Positions 1 through 7,763 are shown, numbered from the stretch's first letter. The stretch is DNA of 28,318 nucleotides from Candidatus Diapherotrites archaeon CG08_land_8_20_14_0_20_30_16 (GCA_002779075.1 PEXK01000003.1:1-28318), one strand, 5' to 3'. Numbers and translations: made by a program. Notes: generated by a model from the sequence alone, not told the origin.

Positions 1-102
1 ATTAACAGCATCTAATTCTGCAATCATCCCTAATCTCAATATTTCTTTATTAATATATTCTTTATTCACATTCTTCAAATCTATTGGCAAACTAGACATC
101 AT
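1..102 (-). CDS. 5' end of a CDS running off the left window edge (34 codons visible); product unknown, possibly a small ferritin-like protein
   Basis: Hand translation of the minus strand from the ATG at 102..100 gives MMSSLPIDLKNVNKEYINKEILRLGMIAELDAVN, open to position 1. It is absent from the ORF track because it is truncated. IAELDAVN weakly resembles the EELEA(V/I)D helix of encapsulated-ferritin-type proteins, but too little sequence is visible to rely on this. Confidence 0.4.
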   Translation of the reverse strand, partial: MMSSLPIDLKNVNKEYINKEILRLGMIAELDAVN

Positions 103-144
103 AAAATATCACCTTACAAAAATAATAACAGTAAGATATAAAAA

Positions 145-612
145 TTAATTCTTTAATAGACCAATTATTTTTATATTATTTGAATCGTAAATTTCTTGAG
201 GTGAAACAGAATAAATATATTTCCAATTAAAACCAGGATTCGAATCCAAATCAATTCCTATTTGTTTATAGGCCAGCCAAATAAGTTCGGAACAATAATA
301 CTTGTTGTCATCATTTTTAGTTAACCATTGCCAATCAAATTCGTAATCTAATTTTGATTTTGCCCAATCAATAACTGTTTGAATTTGCGAATCATTTAAA
401 TCTAACCTTCCAATACCAACAGATCCTCTTGTCAGAAAAAAGTTCAAATCAACAATTCTAACACCAGAAGTTGTTGATTCTATTACCTTAGCAATATTAT
501 TTTCGTCAAAGCCAATAATAATTCCTTGGTGAGTCCAATAGCCTGGAATTATATTATCATAAGTAAATATATGACTAAATAATATGTCCCCTTTTTTTAA
601 TTCATTAACCAA
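145..612 (-). CDS. Permuted papain-fold hydrolase (YiiX / NlpC-P60-like amidase/peptidase)
   Basis: 155-aa ORF. GDILF...YWTHQGII precedes YYCSELIWLAY, so His comes before Cys, as in circularly permuted papain-like (YiiX/C92-type) enzymes. The track start is a TTG. The same frame continues upstream into a TM segment after a single TAA (see feature 655-729). Confidence 0.6.
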   Translation of the reverse strand: MVNELKKGDILFSHIFTYDNIIPGYWTHQGIIIGFDENNIAKVIESTTSGVRIVDLNFFLTRGSVGIGRLDLNDSQIQTVIDWAKSKLDYEFDWQWLTKNDDNKYYCSELIWLAYKQIGIDLDSNPGFNWKYIYSVSPQEIYDSNNIKIIGLLKN

Positions 613-654
613 AAGGATATTTTTATCTAATAAATATCTTTGTTCATTAAATTA

Positions 655-729
655 ACTATTAATTAAAATTAGTAGAAATAAAATAATTATAACAACTATA
701 ACAATAATTATTACTTTCTTATAATTCAT
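655..729 (-). other. 25-codon hydrophobic mini-ORF (MNYKKVIIIVIVVIIILFLLILINS) in the same frame as the downstream hydrolase, separated from it by one TAA (654..652)
   Basis: Hand translation from the ATG at 729..727. 729-612 = 117 nt, so it is in frame with the 145..612 ORF. The ATG lies 2 nt after the stop of the upstream gene (732..1217). It looks like a detached signal anchor. Confidence 0.45.
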
Positions 730-731
730 AA

Positions 732-1217
732 TTATATCTTCTCTTTAACAATCAAATCTTTTTTTATTATTTTATAATTGTAGGGCCAGGGCAACTCAAA
801 AATTAATTCAATATAATATTTGTTCTCTATTTTTGCAGGCCAAAAAGCATCAAAGAATCTTTTCATTAATGTTTTATCTGCCAGTTCTTGCTTTTTAGGT
901 ATTAAAATTTGAAATTGCCACTTTTTTATTGTTCTTTCTCCAGTTTCTGTAGGACTATAATTATTTTGAACATCTAAAACATCACTAAACAAAAACTCTT
1001 GCTTTGTTTCTACTGTTTCTTTATTATCTAATTTAGACAAATAAGTTATTTTTGATTCCTTTACTAATCTTAATGAAAGTCTTTTTGAATAAAACTGTCT
1101 TTTTATTGTTAATTGTAATTTGCCTTTTATTTTATCTCCAAAAAAATACTCCCATTTATCATTTGGTTTCTCTAATTCTAATTTCAAGTCGTATTTTGTC
1201 AAATCAAATAATGCCAT
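732..1217 (-). CDS. Hypothetical protein; pattern reminiscent of an arrestin-N / Spo0M-like beta-sandwich
   Basis: 161-aa ORF with balanced composition, tightly coupled to neighbours (4 nt after the upstream gene, 2 nt before the next ATG). The N-terminal pattern 'L.LELEK...YFFGDKIKGKLQL' resembles arrestin-like folds. No catalytic motif was recognised. Confidence 0.5.
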   Translation of the reverse strand: MALFDLTKYDLKLELEKPNDKWEYFFGDKIKGKLQLTIKRQFYSKRLSLRLVKESKITYLSKLDNKETVETKQEFLFSDVLDVQNNYSPTETGERTIKKWQFQILIPKKQELADKTLMKRFFDAFWPAKIENKYYIELIFELPWPYNYKIIKKDLIVKEKI

Positions 1218-1221
1218 ATTC

Positions 1222-2064
1222 TCACAAAATCTTTTTCAATAAATCGTTAACGTAGCTCATATCAGAATCATTTGTTATTACAATATCATATTGCCTTTTG
1301 TATTCTTCTAAGTGTTCCAATTTAGGATCATTATAAAAACAAATAGTTATCTTAACATTATGTTCTAAGCCTTTAGACATTTCTAAATCTCCTAAATTAT
1401 CACCTAATAAGACAATATTTCTTCTTTGCTTTATATTCTTGTAATGTAAATCCTCTTTTATAGCTAATTCCCCTTTGTTTAATGAATGAATTATCTTGTT
1501 TTTATATGCTATAACTTTACCATTAGAATCAAAATCATATTCATTCGCAATAACTGAAATATTTGAATAAACACAATTGTATTTCTTAAGATAACCATCA
1601 ACAAAGTATTTTGCACCAGCACTAAAAATTAAAACAGGAATATCGTTCGTATACAAAATATCAAAAAATTCTCTTATTTTATCACGTAAAACAAAATGAT
1701 TACTATCCTTTAGAACTAGATCCAATATTTGTTTTGATAACCCAAAATCGGACAACACTTTAATGTGTTTAGACCACCAGTCTTCCATTGCTTTATATTT
1801 TTCTTCAAAAGGAACAGCAGAATTAATTTCTATAGGGTGATAAGTATTGTATAATAAATCATATTTTTCTTGATACTCTTTTCCCAAATAACCTAATCTA
1901 CGCACTTGACCAATCATAGATTGTGCTTTTTCACCATTTACATATGCTTTGCTTAATGTATTATCAAAATCAGAAATAATGTGTAGATTATCTTTACCTT
2001 CTTTTTTTATTTGCTCGATTTTTTCATTTAATAATTTTTCATCTTTAATAAATACATTATTCAT
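1222..2064 (-). CDS. HAD-superfamily pyrimidine 5'-nucleotidase (UMPH-1 / NT5C3-like)
   Basis: 280 aa. HAD motif I is DFDNTLS near residue 32. The SAG motif (IFSAGAKY) and a late GDNLGD acidic motif are present. Overall length and layout match the UMPH-1 family. Confidence 0.65.
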   Translation of the reverse strand: MNNVFIKDEKLLNEKIEQIKKEGKDNLHIISDFDNTLSKAYVNGEKAQSMIGQVRRLGYLGKEYQEKYDLLYNTYHPIEINSAVPFEEKYKAMEDWWSKHIKVLSDFGLSKQILDLVLKDSNHFVLRDKIREFFDILYTNDIPVLIFSAGAKYFVDGYLKKYNCVYSNISVIANEYDFDSNGKVIAYKNKIIHSLNKGELAIKEDLHYKNIKQRRNIVLLGDNLGDLEMSKGLEHNVKITICFYNDPKLEHLEEYKRQYDIVITNDSDMSYVNDLLKKIL

Positions 2065-2073
2065 ATTATCTAC

Positions 2074-2274
2074 TCACTTAACTAATTTTGCAAAATGTTT
2101 GAAACTTCTATCATAAGTTTTTTCTGCATCCTTGCTTAGTTTTGCAAAAACACAACCTGGTAATTCATTATTGCTTAAATGATATTTAATGCATTCACAG
2201 CAGATTCCCCTGCGATTACAACTTAAATATGTACAAGTACAATACTTCCTAATTTCATCTTTTTTACAACCCAT
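2074..2274 (-). CDS. Small cysteine-rich protein (likely metal-binding; conserved family of unknown function)
   Basis: 66 aa with a C-x-C, C-x5-CC-x-C, H and PGC pattern (YCTCTYLSCNRRGICCECIKYH...LPGCVF), typical of a small Cys-rich family found in anaerobes. Confidence 0.55.
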   Translation of the reverse strand: MGCKKDEIRKYCTCTYLSCNRRGICCECIKYHLSNNELPGCVFAKLSKDAEKTYDRSFKHFAKLVK

Positions 2275-2409
2275 CTAATCACTTTTAATATTTGCAAGAT
2301 AAGCGACAAACCAAACCATTATTGATCTGCAAACGCTTAGATTTGATTTGTCTACTTACTGCTTTAATTTATCTTACTATTAATTATCCAGATAAACTTT
2401 TTAAGATAA

Positions 2410-3645
2410 TTATTCAGTATTATTTTTCATTAATTCATTTAAAACAACTGTAGCATATGAATTCTTTGTTAAATTAAATGATATTTTTGCATATAATCTA
2501 TTTTCAAAAAATTCATCATTGCCAATTTCGACTAACTTAAAATCAAAAATATCTAATTTGATTGGTCTATAACTTCCTTGAACTGACATTTGAGGAAATC
2601 CACCCACTTTGAATTGTGCCAATTCAATATTTTCCTCTTTTAAAATTTGTTTTTCGATTTCTCCTAAAAAGCCTTCAGAAAACTCATAATCAAAACCAAA
2701 TAATGGTCCTAAAATATTGCCTTCTGAATCCAATTTATCGCCTTTTTGCACTTTGAAAAAATCTTTTCCTAATTTCTCTTTTCTCATATCCAAATATTTG
2801 TTAAAAAGATATGATTGATATGCGTGAGGAAATAAAATCATAAGGTTTTTGGGGAGTTGTTGAAATGCTTTTACAAAATCATTAGGATCTTTAATTAGTG
2901 AATTTAATATTGCTCTTTCATATCTAAATTCTCTGCCTTTAAATTTTTTAAATGCTTCTAAATATCTTTCCTTGGATGCTAATTCTCTGGCTTCTTGTAT
3001 TTCTGCAGATTCTTTGCTGTGCTGTTTTCCTAAATATAAAAGAACAGCTTCTTTTGTTTTGTTTTCAAAAAACAATTTTCCAACTAAATGTGTTACTTGC
3101 CTAATTCCCCCAAATCTTTGCTCACCAAAATAATTAGGAATCTCAAAATGGGTTTGCATTGCAAATTCACTTAAAATATTTCTTATTTCTTTTTCCTCTA
3201 AATTAATATCTCTGATTATAATTGTAAAACTATTTCCTTTTAGATTTCCTAATTCTATTTTTTCATTTTCCCAACTAAAATCAAATAATTTTATTTGTTT
3301 GTAATTGAACTTTCTTAGCAGATCTAAATTAGGGTCAAAAAGAGATATTCTTTGTGATGTTACTCCTCTTTTATCTTTTAATCCTGCAAAACCAATTCTT
3401 GATTTTCCGCATTTCAAACATAATGCAATTGATTTTATTGCACTCTGAACATCAACATTTATTTTATGCATTGTACAATGTAAAAATTGTCTTTGGTCTG
3501 AATTTTCTGGAATGCTATATTCTTCTGAGACACCTTCGGGTAATACTCTGCAAACAGTACCATACAAAGGCAGTTCTTGAACAATAAAATCAGAATAACG
3601 ATGTTTAATAGTTCCTTTTATGGATTTTGTGGTAGTGAAATACAT
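2410..3645 (-). CDS. truD: tRNA pseudouridine synthase TruD/Pus7 family
   Basis: 411 aa. Has the N-terminal IKHRYSDFIVQE motif, the catalytic-Asp motif GLKDKRGVTSQ, and NYFGEQRFG. Confidence 0.9.
   Translation of the reverse strand: MYFTTTKSIKGTIKHRYSDFIVQELPLYGTVCRVLPEGVSEEYSIPENSDQRQFLHCTMHKINVDVQSAIKSIALCLKCGKSRIGFAGLKDKRGVTSQRISLFDPNLDLLRKFNYKQIKLFDFSWENEKIELGNLKGNSFTIIIRDINLEEKEIRNILSEFAMQTHFEIPNYFGEQRFGGIRQVTHLVGKLFFENKTKEAVLLYLGKQHSKESAEIQEARELASKERYLEAFKKFKGREFRYERAILNSLIKDPNDFVKAFQQLPKNLMILFPHAYQSYLFNKYLDMRKEKLGKDFFKVQKGDKLDSEGNILGPLFGFDYEFSEGFLGEIEKQILKEENIELAQFKVGGFPQMSVQGSYRPIKLDIFDFKLVEIGNDEFFENRLYAKISFNLTKNSYATVVLNELMKNNTE
3581..3645 (-). repeat. Direct repeat copy A: the functional 5' end of truD (first ~22 codons)
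   Basis: Aligns by hand with 5011-5075 (about 54/65 identical) and with 6375-6439 (about 48/65). All three are in the same orientation and all end in the ATG. Confidence 0.85.
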
Positions 3646-3657
3646 GAAAAAATCCTC

Positions 3658-4908
3658 TTAATCAATTAACAATGCAAATAAATAAAATGGAATATATAAT
3701 ACATTATTTTTTAATTCCATATTCAAAAAGTCCCCTACTACAACAACATCTTTTGCTAAAGCTGTTTTATTGTTACCTATTTCAAATTTAACTCCTGCAA
3801 CCAAGTAATCGTAGCCATTTTGTTTATAGTTGTAAGCAATATCTAGATTTAGATTTCTAATTACAAATGCAAAATAATCTTCTCTACCAAATCCAATTAT
3901 AGAACTCATATGTATTTGATCTAAAGAAAACCTTAAAGAAGGAATATTAAATAATATCTTTTTAGTGGTTTTAAAAATTTTAGTAGGGATTACATCACGA
4001 ACAAAAAAGATCAACTGCGAACTGATTAAAAGACCAAATATTTTCTCTACAATATCTCTTTTCAAACCAGTGTTTTTAGAAATATTATCATAATTTGTTT
4101 TTTCATTAACTGCTAAAAACCTTAAAATGGTTTCTATTTTTGTAAGATTTTCGGAATACAAATTATCTAATTTTGAAATATCTTTGTAAATTACTTTATC
4201 AATAACTTCTTTGATTTTGGGCAATGTGTTATTTTCATTTAACAAAAAAGGGAATTGTCTTAATTTATAATCTTCAAAATACTTGTATAAATCAAATGGC
4301 AGCTCTAAAGATATTTTATTCAATTTATTATATCTATCCTCATTTTTATTTATTTTAAATATTGCATCAAACAATTTTTCTTTTGCATTCAAACTGATAT
4401 TTTGTACAATGAAAAGATATTCTGAAAAACTTAAAGGTTCAATTTTATATATATCTAATCTTCTACTAATATCTGCAGATAGCTCTTTTAAATTTAGGGC
4501 GGATGAACTTGAAATAATAAATAAAAACTTTTGATAAACATCACCCCATATTTTTAATTGATCTTGCCAATTATCAATATAAGTTATTTCGTCTATTATA
4601 ATTATTCTTTTGTTTAAAGTAGAATATATTTTTATTAGTTCTTTTAGAGCTATAGAATAATTTGATAAAAAATCACCACTTGTATAAAGAGTATCATATT
4701 CTTTGGCAATGGTGTTTAATATTGTTGTTTTTCCTGTACCTCTTAAACCTATCAAAGAAATAATGTTTAAACCACCTTTTTCTAAAAAAGCATCTATTTT
4801 TGATTTAATTTTAGTATAAATCACTCTTTGTGTTATTGATTTCTGCTTTTTTATTAAATCGTCATACTCTTTCAGTAAACCTAAACTTTTTGTATATTCT
4901 TCAACCAT
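3658..4908 (-). CDS. AAA-type ATPase of the COG1373 class (AAA_14-like N-domain + DUF4143-like C-domain)
   Basis: 416 aa. Walker A is GLRGTGKTT and Walker B is RIIIIDEITY. The C-terminal YDYLVAGVKFEIGNNK resembles the D...E.K core proposed for the nuclease-like DUF4143 domain. The stop lies only 12 nt before the truD ATG. Confidence 0.7.
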   Translation of the reverse strand: MVEEYTKSLGLLKEYDDLIKKQKSITQRVIYTKIKSKIDAFLEKGGLNIISLIGLRGTGKTTILNTIAKEYDTLYTSGDFLSNYSIALKELIKIYSTLNKRIIIIDEITYIDNWQDQLKIWGDVYQKFLFIISSSSALNLKELSADISRRLDIYKIEPLSFSEYLFIVQNISLNAKEKLFDAIFKINKNEDRYNKLNKISLELPFDLYKYFEDYKLRQFPFLLNENNTLPKIKEVIDKVIYKDISKLDNLYSENLTKIETILRFLAVNEKTNYDNISKNTGLKRDIVEKIFGLLISSQLIFFVRDVIPTKIFKTTKKILFNIPSLRFSLDQIHMSSIIGFGREDYFAFVIRNLNLDIAYNYKQNGYDYLVAGVKFEIGNNKTALAKDVVVVGDFLNMELKNNVLYIPFYLFALLID

Positions 4909-4948
4909 AAAGATATAATTAATAGAAAAGTTTATAAACGCGTGTGTA

Positions 4949-4992
4949 ACTACGGTTTTAATCGTAGTATGACAGAACTTTTGGGGTTCTGT
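4949..4992. other. Two adjacent stem-loops (6 bp: 4949-4954/4963-4968; 7 bp: 4972-4978/4986-4992) between truD fragment B and the ATPase promoter
   Basis: actacg-gttttaat-cgtagt and acagaac-ttttggg-gttctgt, read directly. This is the most GC-rich patch of the intergenic region. Confidence 0.5.
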
Positions 4993-5006
4993 ACCTAAAC
5001 CGAGGT

Positions 5007-5075
5007 TTCAACAATAAAATCAGCATATCGATGTTTAATAGTTCCTTTGAGAGGTTTGGAGGAGGTGAAATACAT
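5007..5075 (-). pseudogene. truD 5' fragment, copy B (encodes MYFTSSKPLKGTIKHRYADFIVE then stops)
   Basis: Hand alignment with the truD start. The reading frame terminates 3 codons beyond the end of similarity. The ATG lies 8 nt after the AbiEii stop. Confidence 0.8.
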
Positions 5076-5083
5076 GGGGATCA

Positions 5084-5818
5084 TTATTTCCTTAATTTGG
5101 AATCTAAAAATTTAATACATTCTATATAACCTAAATTATAATTAGTTAACTTCGAAATATCGTCTTTCCATCGAGAGTAAATTTTATTCGCATTTTTGAA
5201 AATCATATTAAAATCGAGCTTTTTATCTGCAGATAACAGTTTTTTCTCTGTTAATTTTAGATCTATAGAATCATTCTTAAGAATAAAATAAAGATCGAAG
5301 TAATCTCTTGGTTGGTTTCTTGTTATTGTTGCACACAATTTTTCGGCAAACAATTCTTTTTTGTTTAGTGTCGTAATCTGGAAATCCAAACTATAAAAAT
5401 TAGGCAAAACATATTTTTCAGGTTCTAATAAAAGTGTTGGTCGCCTATTGAAATCTAGCCAAATATAACTACTTGTAGAAAAAAAACTCTTGTAATATAT
5501 TTTTATGCGAATAAAATCGTTTAATTGTTTATCATACTCTTCTTTTATAAAAAAGGGTTTATTTTCAGCTACAATCTTGCCAATTATCTTCTTTAATTCA
5601 GAAATTTCTAATTTCGTAGTAAAATCCAGATCTTCAGACAATCTTTTCTGATTTAAAAAGATTTTATTAAGAGCTGTGCCACCTTTAAAGTAAAGACCAT
5701 CAATATCTTTTAAAAAATATAACAGTACAGTTAAAAAATAATCTTTCTCAATATATTCTACTGTATATTTATTTTCCTCAGCAATATCAATCAAATCTGA
5801 CAAATTTATTAGATCCAT
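5084..5818 (-). CDS. AbiEii/AbiGii-family nucleotidyltransferase toxin (type IV TA system)
   Basis: 244 aa. YFKGGTALNKIF...RLSEDLDF is the characteristic NTase motif of this family. It overlaps the upstream antitoxin-like gene by 10 nt. Confidence 0.8.
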   Translation of the reverse strand: MDLINLSDLIDIAEENKYTVEYIEKDYFLTVLLYFLKDIDGLYFKGGTALNKIFLNQKRLSEDLDFTTKLEISELKKIIGKIVAENKPFFIKEEYDKQLNDFIRIKIYYKSFFSTSSYIWLDFNRRPTLLLEPEKYVLPNFYSLDFQITTLNKKELFAEKLCATITRNQPRDYFDLYFILKNDSIDLKLTEKKLLSADKKLDFNMIFKNANKIYSRWKDDISKLTNYNLGYIECIKFLDSKLRK

Positions 5819-6318
5819 TTTCTGCTCTCCTTTTTCGTTGCAATTAAAAAACTGTGTTCTTTTATTTTCTTTTCGACAAAATCACGAAATTTTCTAATTC
5901 TTCTAAAACAAAATTTTGTTCCTAGGATTTCTTTTGTACCTTGCTTTGTTTTTGAAAAAATATCAATAACAGTAGGTATCTGGTCAATTAAACCCCAATA
6001 ATGTGCTGCTGCTTTACCCCCTATGTAATAATCCTTGCAATCAAAAAGCTCATCTGCAACAATAAACGAATGTTCTACCCAACTTTTTTTGGCATATATT
6101 GGAACAAGAAAATATTTCCTTTTTGAAATCCTTACCACTCTTCCCTTCAACAAAAGCCTACGCAAAAATAAGGTTAAAGTATTGTAATTATTAAAAAAAC
6201 TACATATATCCTCCCGCTTAAAAAAACGCTTGCTTTTAGATTCTAAAAAAGATATAACTTGAACTTCTTTATCTGACAACCCATATTTTTGTATTCTAAC
6301 CATAATTGTTACATCCAT
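5809..6318 (-). CDS. AbiEi-like antitoxin / wHTH transcriptional regulator
   Basis: 169 aa, sitting immediately upstream of and overlapping the AbiEii-like gene, which is the canonical AbiE architecture. The N-terminal region looks like a winged helix (LSDKEVQVISFLESK...REDI). The call rests on context plus weak sequence pattern. Confidence 0.6.
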   Translation of the reverse strand: MDVTIMVRIQKYGLSDKEVQVISFLESKSKRFFKREDICSFFNNYNTLTLFLRRLLLKGRVVRISKRKYFLVPIYAKKSWVEHSFIVADELFDCKDYYIGGKAAAHYWGLIDQIPTVIDIFSKTKQGTKEILGTKFCFRRIRKFRDFVEKKIKEHSFLIATKKESRKWI

Positions 6319-6374
6319 ATTTCTAAAACAGACATATTATGGTAACAATCGTTTATAAATATATCGGCTTCAAA

Positions 6375-6439
6375 GCAATAAAATCAGTATATCTGTGTTT
6401 CATTGCTCCTTTTAGAGGCTTGGATGAAGTAAAATACAT
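6375..6439 (-). pseudogene. truD 5' fragment, copy C (encodes MYFTSSKPLKGAMKHRYTDFIAL then diverges and stops)
   Basis: Hand alignment: about 53/65 identical to copy B and about 48/65 to copy A. Followed on the coding strand by TTTATAAA and then the AbiEi start. Confidence 0.8.
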
Positions 6440-6621
6440 GGGAGTCACTTAATTAATATGTTTTTAAATGTTATTTTGAATTGTCTATTATCTTGAGTAA
6501 ACCAAAATAATCCAAAGTATCATTATTCAAATTATAAATCATACCAATTATTCTTAAATTGAAATCCACAATTTCAATAAATACCCCCATTATTAATTTT
6601 AATTTTTGGTTAAAAATGCAT

Positions 6622-7662
6622 TTAAATCCTTCTTTCTCGTCTTAAATGTTTTATTCCATGGCTTAATATTGCTGAGTCAACTAAATTCTTAACAATATTA
6701 ACTTCATTCTGTGTTAATTTAGCTTGTTTATCTGCGTCTAACAACACAGATGGAAAGCAATAATCTTTTGCATAATTTGAAATGTGTGCGATAAAACCTT
6801 TTATATCTCTTAGTTTTTGTGAAGAGTAATTATTTTGTAAAAGTTCTAAGCGCAGAGGATAATCTTCATTTACTTTAATATATGATGCATAAAAATTGAA
6901 TTTGCCATATTGCTGGAGATCATTGTAAATCAAATTGCTTTCAGTTGCAAAAATTGGGAAAAAAGAAATGCAAGAATCTTTTTCCAAAATGTAATTCAAA
7001 AAGATAACATCATTAATGTTATTCAATAATGATTTTGAAGCAAAATCGTTTTGCGCTAATTTCAGGAAAGAGTTTGCTCTTGAATCTTCAACACAACCTA
7101 ACAAACTAATATTGTTAGAATTGCAATAATCATATATTTTAACAAAATCCTGCAGCAAATCTTCGTAATCTTTGTACAACACAGAGTTATTTTGTGGTCT
7201 ATCAACAGCTTGAGGCAAAACATTGCCATCAATTAATGCATATTCTGGATTTTTATTTTGCAACCCGCAAAATAATAGTGCTAATTCTTGGCGCAATCTT
7301 GAAATGGATACATATTTGGGCAATTCTTCTTTTTGTAAAGAATTCTCAGATGTTTTGAATTCGTAATTTGGATTTTGCAACAATTTCTCATATCTGCACA
7401 ATTTTTTGTCATAGACAAAAAAGGAACCTGCTGTTTTAATGTAACAAAAATCCAAACCAGTTAATGAACTTTCAAAAAATCCTGAGTCTACGCCAATAAC
7501 AGTCCCCTTAAAACTATATTCTATTTTTTGATATTGTTCTTGTTCAACAAAACCTTTTATTGAACCGTCAATCAATTTAGATTTGATTGCTTTGGCCAAA
7601 TTAGAGATTTCATTCAACCTTTGAGTGTATTTATCTACTTGGCCTTTGATTGAAGAAAACAT
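6622..7662 (-). CDS. NurA-like 5'-3' nuclease domain protein
   Basis: 346 aa. VIGVDSGFF (N-terminal catalytic Asp region), YALIDGNVLPQ, GCVEDSRANSF and CFPSVLLDADKQAK match the conserved blocks of the NurA family as I recall them. No HerA-like gene is adjacent. Confidence 0.6.
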   Translation of the reverse strand: MFSSIKGQVDKYTQRLNEISNLAKAIKSKLIDGSIKGFVEQEQYQKIEYSFKGTVIGVDSGFFESSLTGLDFCYIKTAGSFFVYDKKLCRYEKLLQNPNYEFKTSENSLQKEELPKYVSISRLRQELALLFCGLQNKNPEYALIDGNVLPQAVDRPQNNSVLYKDYEDLLQDFVKIYDYCNSNNISLLGCVEDSRANSFLKLAQNDFASKSLLNNINDVIFLNYILEKDSCISFFPIFATESNLIYNDLQQYGKFNFYASYIKVNEDYPLRLELLQNNYSSQKLRDIKGFIAHISNYAKDYCFPSVLLDADKQAKLTQNEVNIVKNLVDSAILSHGIKHLRRERRI

Positions 7663-7763
7663 ATTAAAATAACACAGTAAATAATTAAATGCTTTGGTAT
7701 ACGCTTTAAAAATCTGTTGGATTTAATTATTTTATAGCTGTCAGGAAAAGATTAAAAGAATGG

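Larger units (their letters stand above)
3646..6439 (-). mobile_element. Putative two-cassette integrated island at the truD start (cassette 1: 3646-5075; cassette 2: 5076-6439); no recombinase present
   Basis: Bounded and subdivided by three direct truD-5' repeats. Cargo is an AAA ATPase and an AbiEi/AbiEii pair. Each cassette carries its own TTTATAAA box downstream of the repeat on the coding strand. Confidence 0.5.

Noticed and set aside
4941-5010. Possible tRNA or tRNA fragment as the integration target. The stem-loop at 4972-4992 has a 7-nt loop ttTTGgg that could be read as a UUG (Gln) anticodon loop with U33, and 4949-4968 could mimic a D-arm.
   Set aside because: No T-arm with a TTCRA-type loop and no 3' acceptor strand complementary to gcgtgtg. 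The D-loop lacks the conserved GG, the anticodon stem is 7 bp instead of 5, and GC content is far below that expected for archaeal tRNAs. I treat it as two hairpins, not a tRNA.
5007-6439. The truD-like fragments B and C as independent small protein-coding genes (26-28 codons).
   Set aside because: Similarity to TruD ends abruptly and each frame stops within a few codons. They are better explained as displaced gene-end remnants or att-like repeats.
6471-6590. 39-codon minus-strand ORF (MGVFIEIVDFNLRIIGMIYNLNNDTLDYFGLLKIIDNSK) between the NurA-like gene and truD fragment C.
   Set aside because: It is short, has no SD- or TATA-like signal that I could see and no recognisable family. It could be a remnant of a former gene end, and is not reported as a feature.
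3646-6621. An integrase/recombinase gene inside or beside the truD island.
   Set aside because: All sizeable ORFs are accounted for (ATPase, AbiEii, AbiEi, NurA-like). None shows tyrosine-recombinase (R..H..R..Y), serine-recombinase or DDE motifs by eye.
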